DNA of 27,071 bases from the IMG/VR virus record IMGVR_UViG_3300031228_000025, positions 1-27,071 of that record; one strand, written 5' to 3'. Source of the stretch: a virus (Duplodnaviria > Caudoviricetes). The notes below the pieces were generated by a model. It was not told the DNA's origin and made no database searches. It saw nothing but the letters and a program-made list of their open reading frames with translations. Positions 7,792 through 15,105 of this stretch are shown piece by piece (the first letter of the stretch is position 1; every line of letters begins with the position of its first letter). Both the position numbers and the translations under genes were made by a program.

Positions 7792-8315
7792 TGGCCGTCG
7801 CCGCCTTCGCACCCGCCGGCGCCAAGTGCACGGGGTGCACCTGGGCCGCCGAGAACCACGAGCCCTCCGCCCTGCCCGCCCGGCTGGGCCTCACCTGCGG
7901 CGAGTACTCGCCGGCCCAGGCCGCCCGCCCGGCGGGCATCGACTGGGACGCCCTCGAGCGCCAGGCCCAGCACGAGAGCGGCCGCAACGCCGCCGGCGAC
8001 CAAGTCTACCGGACCACCAAGGGCTTCAAGACCTCGGTCTCCGACTACGTGGCCGACCCCGACGGCGAGGGGCACCTGCTCTGGACCGGGGACTTCGTCA
8101 CCGTGACCCGCGAGAACGGGACGGAGACCTTCCCCCACCCGACCCGGGGCGGCACCCACGAGCTCTGCGGCAAGGGCCACCGCTTCGTGGCCCGGGCCTT
8201 CAAGGAGGAGGCGCTGGGCTACCCGCTCCCGCAGGACGTGTTCGTCGTGAACTCCTGCGGCCGCCACGAGTGCGTGGCCCCCACGCACTTCCGGCTCCAG
8301 TACACCAAGGACTGA
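7791..8315 (+). CDS. Protein with C-terminal degenerate HNH / Zn-binding-loop domain
   Basis: LLWTG...GHRFVA...GYPLPQDVFVVNSCGRHECVAPTHF resembles the HNH_3 pattern (WtG..aHR..v.H.C....CvNP.HL), with H->N and N->A. Confidence 0.6.
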   Translation: MAVAAFAPAGAKCTGCTWAAENHEPSALPARLGLTCGEYSPAQAARPAGIDWDALERQAQHESGRNAAGDQVYRTTKGFKTSVSDYVADPDGEGHLLWTGDFVTVTRENGTETFPHPTRGGTHELCGKGHRFVARAFKEEALGYPLPQDVFVVNSCGRHECVAPTHFRLQYTKD

Positions 8316-8731
8316 TGGCGGCCGTCGCCAGCACCCGGGCCTCCCTGCTCGCCCAGACGACCGGGGAGAGCCGGGCGGAGGTGGCCCTGAGGCGCGCCGT
8401 GAGGGCCGTGGGGGCCCTCGGCTACCGCAAGGGGTACAGATTCAAGGGCGTGCCCGGCCTGGCACGCCGGTCGGCCGACATGGCCTGGGTCGGCCGGCGC
8501 CTGGCGGTCTTCTACGACGGGTGCATGTGGCACGGGTGCCCCGAGCACTGTGACCGCCGCTGGGGCGGGAGCGACCCCGGGTTCTGGGAGGCTAAGATCG
8601 CCCGGACCAGGGCGCGCGACGCCGAGACGACGGAGGCCCTCGAGGCCGCCGGCTGGACGGTCGTCAGGGTGTGGGAGCACGAGGACACGGGCCGGGCGGT
8701 GGCCCGGGTGATGGAGGCCCTCGGCCGATAG
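8315..8731 (+). CDS. vsr: Very short patch repair (Vsr) endonuclease
   Basis: E..LRR, ADMAW..RRLAVFYDGCMWHGCPEH, FWEAKIARTRARD, GWTVVRVWEHE. Confidence 0.9.
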   Translation: MAAVASTRASLLAQTTGESRAEVALRRAVRAVGALGYRKGYRFKGVPGLARRSADMAWVGRRLAVFYDGCMWHGCPEHCDRRWGGSDPGFWEAKIARTRARDAETTEALEAAGWTVVRVWEHEDTGRAVARVMEALGR

Positions 8732-8835
8732 GGCCCACCGGAGGCCGCACGGCGGCCGTGGAGGCGTAGGAAGAGGCCCGGGTGCCCTATCAGGCATCCG
8801 GGCCGTTCTCGTGCCGTGTGGGCCCTCTGGTGGCC
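8732..8835. terminator. Nested inverted repeats at the arm convergence (bidirectional terminator-like)
   Basis: Inner stem GGCCCGGGTGCC (8775-8786) / GGCATCCGGGCC (8793-8804). Outer imperfect stem 8732-8753 / 8813-8835. Confidence 0.6.
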
Positions 8836-9111
8836 TCAGCCCTCGGCGGCGGTCGTCATCCCGGCGTACAGGTCGACCGCCTCGTTGACCTCGCGCTCGT
8901 GGGTCGCCGGGCTGTAGACCGACCGGCGGATGCCGAGCACGGTCGCCACGAGGGCCAGAAGGTTGAAGGCCGTGGTCACGGCGGCCGGCACGTCGATGGC
9001 CGGGGCGACGCCGAAGTTGGCCAGGATCAGGAGCATGCCCGAGGCGGTCGAGATGACCAGGGCGGGCTCGAGGGCCAGCATTCGCTGGACGAGGTTGCGG
9101 AGGGCGTTCAT
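8836..9111 (-). CDS. Holin (two transmembrane segments)
   Basis: MNALRNLVQRMLALEPALVI..., two hydrophobic helices, RRSVYSP tail. Immediately downstream of the endolysin. Confidence 0.75.
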   Translation of the reverse strand: MNALRNLVQRMLALEPALVISTASGMLLILANFGVAPAIDVPAAVTTAFNLLALVATVLGIRRSVYSPATHEREVNEAVDLYAGMTTAAEG

Positions 9112-10160
9112 CAGGTCTCCTTGATGCGCTGTGCTTCGGCGGCCGCGATGCGGTTCCGCTCGGCTGTGGCGGCCTCTTCCTGGGCCGCCTGGACGTCCCC
9201 CTCGGTGATCCCGGTCGGGACCTCCTTGACGACCTCCTTGACCACCGTCTCGGGCGGCGGGAAGCCGTAGTTGGGCGAGGGCGGGACACGGGTGCCCGAG
9301 ATAGCAACGAGGCCCGGGCCTTCCTTGTCGTTGCCCCGCGCGTCCACGACCAGGAGCTCGTCGGACCCGGTCGGCGGATACTTCACCTGACGATAGCGCC
9401 CGTCGCTCGACTCCGCGGTCGACCGGACGCGCTCCCGGCTGGTGAACTCCTTCTTGTTGCCGGCGCCGTCGTAGAACACGGTGCCGAGGGCCGTCGCGGT
9501 CTTGGCGACGGTCCACCAGTCCTCCTGGACCGGCTTCCAGAACTGCATGTCGTCGTCTCCTTGTGGTGGTGCGGGGGCGGCCCCGTAGAGCTGGGCGATG
9601 AGCAGGTCCTGCCCGCCGCTGGTGGCGTCCGTCTCGTACCGGGTCGCCGGCTGAATCCAGCCGTGCCCGAAGTGCGGCCGGTCGATGACGGTCGGGTGGG
9701 CGATCAGCTGCCGGGCGAGCTCCCTGACGTCGGCCGCGAACACCGGGTCCCTCATGGCGGCGGCCAGGTCGGCCGGCATCCCGCAGAACGAGACGCTGAT
9801 GCAGTCTGCGTTGGGGTCGTTGTCGCGGGCCAGGATGCGGTGGACCTCGGTGAACCGGGCCTGCTCCCTGGCGCTCCCCGTCTTCGGCTTGAAGGCGAGG
9901 GACGGGTTCATGGAGTGGGACGCCCGGCCGACCGGCACGATCCACATTGCGACCGTCGAGGTGCCCTCCCGGAAGAGGAGGATGTGGTATGAGGCGTTGA
10001 CGGTCGCCTTGGTGTTGACGAAGTGCCGGATGGTCGACTCGGCGCCGGCCCGGCCGGTCCCGCCGGCGGTCCAGTGCCAGGCCAGGCCGCGCGGGGCGAA
10101 CCCGGCGACGACCGACTGCGGGACCCCCGCGGCGTAGTTCTGCTCGACCCTGAGGGCCAT
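9111..10160 (-). CDS. Endolysin: N-acetylmuramoyl-L-alanine amidase (Amidase_2-like) + C-terminal domain
   Basis: LAWHWTAG, ASYHILL, ASHS, ISVSFCG and FGHGWI motifs. Pro-rich linker. Lysis-cassette position. Confidence 0.8.
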   Translation of the reverse strand: MALRVEQNYAAGVPQSVVAGFAPRGLAWHWTAGGTGRAGAESTIRHFVNTKATVNASYHILLFREGTSTVAMWIVPVGRASHSMNPSLAFKPKTGSAREQARFTEVHRILARDNDPNADCISVSFCGMPADLAAAMRDPVFAADVRELARQLIAHPTVIDRPHFGHGWIQPATRYETDATSGGQDLLIAQLYGAAPAPPQGDDDMQFWKPVQEDWWTVAKTATALGTVFYDGAGNKKEFTSRERVRSTAESSDGRYRQVKYPPTGSDELLVVDARGNDKEGPGLVAISGTRVPPSPNYGFPPPETVVKEVVKEVPTGITEGDVQAAQEEAATAERNRIAAAEAQRIKET

Positions 10161-10363
10161 CAGGCCCCGCCCGCCCGGTCCTGCGCCTCGCCCTCGGCGA
10201 TCGCGTCCTCGGCGTCGCCGCCGTCGGCGCCGACCGGGCCGCCTGGGACGATGCTACCGTCCCCCTCGAAGCCCAGCTCGGCCGCCTCCTCGAGGGCCTC
10301 CTGGTAATCGTCGGTGTCCAGCCGGACGGTGATGCCGTCCGAGAATCTGACGTCGGTGCTCAT
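10160..10363 (-). CDS. Small acidic hypothetical protein
   Basis: GAGGAGG RBS. Coupled on both sides (ATGA, TGATG). Confidence 0.65.
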   Translation of the reverse strand: MSTDVRFSDGITVRLDTDDYQEALEEAAELGFEGDGSIVPGGPVGADGGDAEDAIAEGEAQDRAGGA

Positions 10364-10806
10364 TGTTCTCCCTCCTCAAGGTGCTCCAGCTCCAGTGCCC
10401 GCCTCTGCTCCCCGAACTCCCGGTCCTCGCGCTGGTCCTGGGTCTCCTCGGCGGCCTCCAGGTGCCGGCGCATCGAGGCCCTCATGTAGCGCCGGATGAG
10501 GAGCTGGATGACGGTCTTCGTGACCAGTAGCCCCAGCCCGGCGACGAGGACCCAGCCGACCCCGCCGGGGGCGGCCGGCGCCTCGCGCAGGAGCGCCCAT
10601 GCCCCGAGCCCGGCGAAGACCGTGTACATGACGAGCCGGATCGCCTCCTGGGCGACGTCGCCCATGGCCAGGACCCGGAAGCCGTTGGTCGGCTTGGTCA
10701 CCATCAGGTCCACGGCCGACTCGACCAGGGACAGGACGGAGAGGACCGCACCCGAGGCGGCGAGGACGAGCCAGGTGTGGGGGATGAATGCGTTGAGGTC
10801 GATCAT
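10360..10806 (-). CDS. Membrane protein (about 3 TM segments), holin-like
   Basis: Three hydrophobic segments followed by a charged C-terminal tail. Lysis region. Confidence 0.7.
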   Translation of the reverse strand: MIDLNAFIPHTWLVLAASGAVLSVLSLVESAVDLMVTKPTNGFRVLAMGDVAQEAIRLVMYTVFAGLGAWALLREAPAAPGGVGWVLVAGLGLLVTKTVIQLLIRRYMRASMRRHLEAAEETQDQREDREFGEQRRALELEHLEEGEQ

Positions 10807-11000
10807 GGCCTGGCCTTGTGGTCGAAGCGCTTGGTCCGGGCGAGGTGCTCCAGGCGGAGCTGGAGAACGGCCCGGCGCTCGCGCGAGTCGTGAATCTCTT
10901 GGCGGGCGTCCTCGTTCATGGCCATCGCGATAGATCGTACCAGGGTCTCCTCCCTGGTCCGGGGCTTCACCAGACCCAGGCGCTCAGCGAGCTTGCGCAT
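10803..11000 (-). CDS. Small basic hypothetical protein (65 aa)
   Basis: ATG 11000 (MRKLAERLG) is TGATG-coupled to the upstream gene and preceded by AAGGA. Confidence 0.6.
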   Translation of the reverse strand: MRKLAERLGLVKPRTREETLVRSIAMAMNEDARQEIHDSRERRAVLQLRLEHLARTKRFDHKARP

Positions 11001-11227
11001 CACTGGTCCTTCCTCGCCCGCCAGACCCTGAGCTCGGTTGTGAGGTCGCCGATTGTGGTGGCGAGCGTAGCGATGACGGTCTTGTTGGCGCGGTTGTCCT
11101 CCTGCTCCTCTCGGAACAGCTTCCACAGGAAGTAGACCATGAGCGCCATGACGACGACGGCCCCGACCGGGCCGATGACTAGCTGGAGAAGGGTCCCCCA
11201 GGGCTCGGGGATGCCGTCGAAGTTCAT
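11000..11227 (-). CDS. Single-TM holin-like protein with coiled-coil C-terminus
   Basis: LVIGPVGAVVVMALMVYFLW TM segment followed by heptads. TAGAAT lies 7 nt before ATG 11227. Confidence 0.65.
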   Translation of the reverse strand: MNFDGIPEPWGTLLQLVIGPVGAVVVMALMVYFLWKLFREEQEDNRANKTVIATLATTIGDLTTELRVWRARKDQ

Positions 11228-11288
11228 GCCGCCCATTCTACCCGGGGGCGAAGGCGGGGCGCGGCCCGCGCCTCGCCTCAGGTCTCGG

Positions 11289-12308
11289 CTACGGGACCGC
11301 GTTGAAGATGTTGTACCCGGTGAGGAGCCAGCGCTGAAGCGTGCCGTCGTAGACCATGTAGGCGCCGGAGCGCGGCGAGATGGTGAGCGTGCCGACGAGG
11401 TCCTGCTCCATGGTGATGCGGTTGGCCGCGGTGGACGAGGTGCTCTCCGTCTTGAGGTTGATGGACTGGCTCGGGCCCGTCGCCGCGTTGTAGACGAAGA
11501 TGATGCGGCCGTGCTCCTGCGCGGCGAAGCCGGTGATGTTCCGGTCGGCGGTGGGGACGAGGCGCAGGATGGTGCACGTCGAGAACCCCGAGGGGTTGTA
11601 GTTGTTCTGATTCGCGGTCACGGAAGGGGAGCAGACCGAGCCGATGAGCTTGGCCGCGGTCAGGGTCGCCGGGGAGAGCGCCGTCCCGTCGCCCGCCGAG
11701 CCGTGCGTGTGGCTCTGGGCGTGGTGGTCGTCCGCGGTCTTCCCTGTGGTCGCCGAGTGCGCGACGCCCTTGGAGTCGGAGCCGTCGTGGTCGTGGCCCG
11801 TGGAGGTGTCCAGGACCTTGTCCGTGGCGGAGCCCGAGGCGAATGAGCGCTCGTCGGTGACGTTCGCGTTGACGATCCCGCCGGCCAGGGCGGCCACGGC
11901 CACCTGGGCCAGGGCAATCTCCCAGGTCCCGCCGGGCGTCTGCGTCAGGCTCGGCGCCGAGGGGCTGCCAGCCGGCGTCCCGGTGAGCACGTCGAGCTCG
12001 GCGGTCCGGGCGGTCGGGTCCAGGCGCACGACGACGCGGTCGATCCGCGGGTTCGTCGGGTCGGAGGAGTCGATCGCCAGCGTCTCCGCGCCCGAGTGGA
12101 CCTCGAACAGCCGGCCCTGGATGAACATGGACCCGGTCTCGACGTCCACGGACATCCCCTGGGGCGAGGACTCGCCCACGGAGAGCTCGTCGCCGCGGCC
12201 CTTGGCGACGCCGTCGCCCATGATGGCCTCGACGACCTGGGCCCAGGCGTCGGAAGTGTAGATGCGGTCCCCGCCGCTGGAGTCGAAAAAGCGTGCTCGC
12301 TGGCTCAT
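11289..12308 (-). CDS. Minor tail / tail fibre protein
   Basis: N-terminal FFDS..GDR.Y...PRIDRVVVRLD...WEIALAQV, typical of siphophage baseplate-proximal proteins. His motifs HDHDG and HHAQSHTH. Beta-rich C-terminus. Confidence 0.75.
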   Translation of the reverse strand: MSQRARFFDSSGGDRIYTSDAWAQVVEAIMGDGVAKGRGDELSVGESSPQGMSVDVETGSMFIQGRLFEVHSGAETLAIDSSDPTNPRIDRVVVRLDPTARTAELDVLTGTPAGSPSAPSLTQTPGGTWEIALAQVAVAALAGGIVNANVTDERSFASGSATDKVLDTSTGHDHDGSDSKGVAHSATTGKTADDHHAQSHTHGSAGDGTALSPATLTAAKLIGSVCSPSVTANQNNYNPSGFSTCTILRLVPTADRNITGFAAQEHGRIIFVYNAATGPSQSINLKTESTSSTAANRITMEQDLVGTLTISPRSGAYMVYDGTLQRWLLTGYNIFNAVP

Positions 12309-12329
12309 GCGCCCATCATATCCTCTCTT

Positions 12330-14210
12330 CTACCCGCCCATGTACGCTATCTCGACGGCTGCCGTGGTGAGCGTCATGGCGGCCCCGCTGTTCTGCCACA
12401 TGACGAGCGAGAGCTGGTCAGCCGCGGCAAGCTCCCGCAGCTGGGTCGATTCGATGTAGTGCGCCGCGCTGTCGATGAGGGCGGTCGTCGAGATGTAGTC
12501 CGGGAGGGCCGGCGTTGCGGACGGGGACGCCCCTCCGGAGGCGTACGAGAACCCGACCAGCCTCCGGCCCGTGGACGACGTGTCCGACAGGTTGACCCAA
12601 CCCCGGACCAGGTACAAGCCCGGCTCCTGGATGACGAGCGCGTTGTTGGCGGCGCTAAACAGGATGCGCGCCGTCCCCCACCCGCTCCCCCATGAGGTGA
12701 CCTTTGTCCAGGCGGCGTTCGGGATGGACTGGGAGGTGCTCTTGAGGAGCTGGCGCCCGGTGTAGCGCCCGGGGGTGACCATGAACGGCGACCAGCCGAT
12801 GGACGAGTGCCACGAGCGCTCCCATGAGAGCGTGCCGAGGCTGGAGTGGCGGAAGACCCGCTGCGTCATGCGGTCTCCCGTAACTGTCAGCTTCGTGGTC
12901 TGGACCCAGCAGAAGTCGATGGGGTACCCGTCCGCGGCGTCTGCCAGGAACATGGAGATGCCGACCGGGTAGGCCGAATCCGAGCCCGCCGTGCTGGCAG
13001 GGACCTTCGTGATGAGGTGCGTCGACCCGATGGAGTCGTCCCCGGCCGTCAGCTGGTGGGTGTCGGCGTGCGGGTCCGGGGGCAGGCTGAGCGGCGAGTC
13101 GATGGCGCCTCCCGAGACACCCCCGCCGTTGATGCGGTCCTTGAGGGTGGGGAACGGCCGGTCGAGCTCGACCTCGCGCTCGGGGGCGGCCTTGCTGTCG
13201 GTGATGGACGACCTGACGGTGACCACCCGGACGGGGACCGCGAGCCCGCGGTCGGAGTCGCGCAGCGTGACCAGGTCCCCCAGGTCCCAGTGCTCCCGGT
13301 AGCGGAAGCTGCCGTACGGGTGGACGACCGCCTCGTACCGCGCCGCGGCCTGGAGGGCCTCCAGGGTCGCGTCGCCGCGGGTCTCCAGCGCGGCGACGGC
13401 CTCGCCGGGGTTCTCCCCCTCGACGTCTCGCGCGTCGACGAAGACCTCGCGCCGCTCGAGCCCCTCCTTCTCGGAATCCAGGAAGCGCTCGACGACCTCG
13501 CGGTCGGCGCCCTCCCCTCTCCCGGCGACCACCGCGTGCGTCTTCGTGTCGAGCAGGCTGTCCAGCTCCGAGTACCGCTCGAGGGTGTCGAACGCGGTGT
13601 CGAAGAAGACGGAGGCGGTGCGGTCCACGCCGGGGATGACCTCGAACTCGTACTCCTCGGCATCGCGGTCCAGGGTCGTCTCCCAGCCCATGCCGGCCGC
13701 CGCCCCGACCTCGCGCAGGATGTCGCCGACCATCTGGTACCGGGCGCTCACGGTCACCGTCCCGCCGCGCTCCTGGTCCGTGGCCACCACCAGGTTCGGC
13801 ACCTGGCGCGCCGTGGCGGCCCCAGGGCCCCCGTTGGCGTCCACGTAGTGCTTGATGGCGGTCTCGGCCGGGACCGCGCTCTGGGTGTCGTGCGACTCGT
13901 CCTCCGGCGGGAGGGCTAGGCGCTCCTCCGTGGCGATCGCGTCGATGGACCGGCCGATGACCCGCATGGCGTCCTTCGCCGCGCCCGGCTCGTCGTTCGT
14001 CTCGATGTGCTCGACCAGGAAGGCGAGGCCCTCCTCGTCGGGGAGGAACAGGACCCGGTTCTTGAGGATCGCCGAGGCGTGCAGCTGCCGGAGGTTCAGG
14101 TCCAGCGTGATCGTGTGTGGCTTCCACAGGCTGCGGGTCCACTCGAGCCGCTCGAACGCGTCGCCCAGGACGCCGACCGGCTCCACGCCGTCCAGGATGA
14201 AGACCTGCAC
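12330..14210 (-). CDS. Tail hub protein (ReqiPepy6 Gp37-like) with C-terminal receptor-binding extension
   Basis: GTG start just after the Dit stop. VAGRGEGADR...GLERREVFVDARD and YREHWDLGDLVT motifs. C-terminal knob-like and C1q/TNF-like segments. Confidence 0.8.
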   Translation of the reverse strand: MQVFILDGVEPVGVLGDAFERLEWTRSLWKPHTITLDLNLRQLHASAILKNRVLFLPDEEGLAFLVEHIETNDEPGAAKDAMRVIGRSIDAIATEERLALPPEDESHDTQSAVPAETAIKHYVDANGGPGAATARQVPNLVVATDQERGGTVTVSARYQMVGDILREVGAAAGMGWETTLDRDAEEYEFEVIPGVDRTASVFFDTAFDTLERYSELDSLLDTKTHAVVAGRGEGADREVVERFLDSEKEGLERREVFVDARDVEGENPGEAVAALETRGDATLEALQAAARYEAVVHPYGSFRYREHWDLGDLVTLRDSDRGLAVPVRVVTVRSSITDSKAAPEREVELDRPFPTLKDRINGGGVSGGAIDSPLSLPPDPHADTHQLTAGDDSIGSTHLITKVPASTAGSDSAYPVGISMFLADAADGYPIDFCWVQTTKLTVTGDRMTQRVFRHSSLGTLSWERSWHSSIGWSPFMVTPGRYTGRQLLKSTSQSIPNAAWTKVTSWGSGWGTARILFSAANNALVIQEPGLYLVRGWVNLSDTSSTGRRLVGFSYASGGASPSATPALPDYISTTALIDSAAHYIESTQLRELAAADQLSLVMWQNSGAAMTLTTAAVEIAYMGG

Positions 14211-14211
14211 G

Positions 14212-15105
14212 TCAGGCCCCCGCGTACCGCTGCCGCCAGAACAGGCGGGCGGTCCCGGAGACGTTGGTGTCGGCCTCAAAGCGGATCGTGTTCAGGCCGG
14301 GCCGCAGGGACCAGAAGTCCGCCAGGTCCAGGTTCAGCCGGGCCATGGCCGAGGAGCGCGTGCCGTCGGACTCGACCAGGACCACGTCCTTCTCGCCGTA
14401 GCCGGTGGTGACCTCGATGTAGTCGCCGGCCTCGATCTGCCCGCTCACCTCGAGGGTCTCGCCCGTGGTCACGTTGATGAACCGGGCGACGGTGCAGTCG
14501 CCGTGCAGCTGCACCCGGATCGGCGCGTCCACGTCGCCCATGTTGTCGACCTCCTGCTCGACGTTGTTGCCGACCATCTCCAGGGGGAACTCGAGCTCGA
14601 ACTCAAAGCCGCCGTCCGTCTGGGCGAAGTTGACGGACTGGTCCACCGTGTCGCGCCAGTAGGGGTAGGGGGCCTCGAACTCCAGGTCCGCCTCGTAGAG
14701 CGGGATGCCCTTGGACTTGGAGCCCTGGGGCGAGTTGCGGGGCACGGCGCGGAGCTCGATCGCCGGCAGGTCCCCGCGCAGCAGGCGCAGCGTGCCGAGC
14801 GCCACCGACTCGCCCGGCCGGGCGGGGGAGGCGACCAGCGCCCGGACCAGCTGGCGCCGGAGCGCCCACAAGCCCTCCTCGGTCTCGGCCGCGACCTGGA
14901 GCTGGATGGGGACGACCCGGACGCCGACCTCGACGTCCACGGCGGTCGCACCCGTCTGGCTGGGGTTCTTTCGGCTGAGCACCTGGGCGAGGGTCGCGTC
15001 GATGCCCTGGATGTCGCGGAGCTTGAAGGGCCAGGACCTCGTGAAGGTCACCTTGGCCGAGCCGTCCGCCGGGTACCACTCGACGGCGGTCACGTTCTCG
15101 GTCAT
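14212..15105 (-). CDS. Distal tail protein (Dit, Sipho_tail family)
   Basis: Follows the TMP with ATGA overlap. FEAPYPYW, NMGDVDAP, FWSLRPGLNTIRF. Confidence 0.85.
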   Translation of the reverse strand: MTENVTAVEWYPADGSAKVTFTRSWPFKLRDIQGIDATLAQVLSRKNPSQTGATAVDVEVGVRVVPIQLQVAAETEEGLWALRRQLVRALVASPARPGESVALGTLRLLRGDLPAIELRAVPRNSPQGSKSKGIPLYEADLEFEAPYPYWRDTVDQSVNFAQTDGGFEFELEFPLEMVGNNVEQEVDNMGDVDAPIRVQLHGDCTVARFINVTTGETLEVSGQIEAGDYIEVTTGYGEKDVVLVESDGTRSSAMARLNLDLADFWSLRPGLNTIRFEADTNVSGTARLFWRQRYAGA

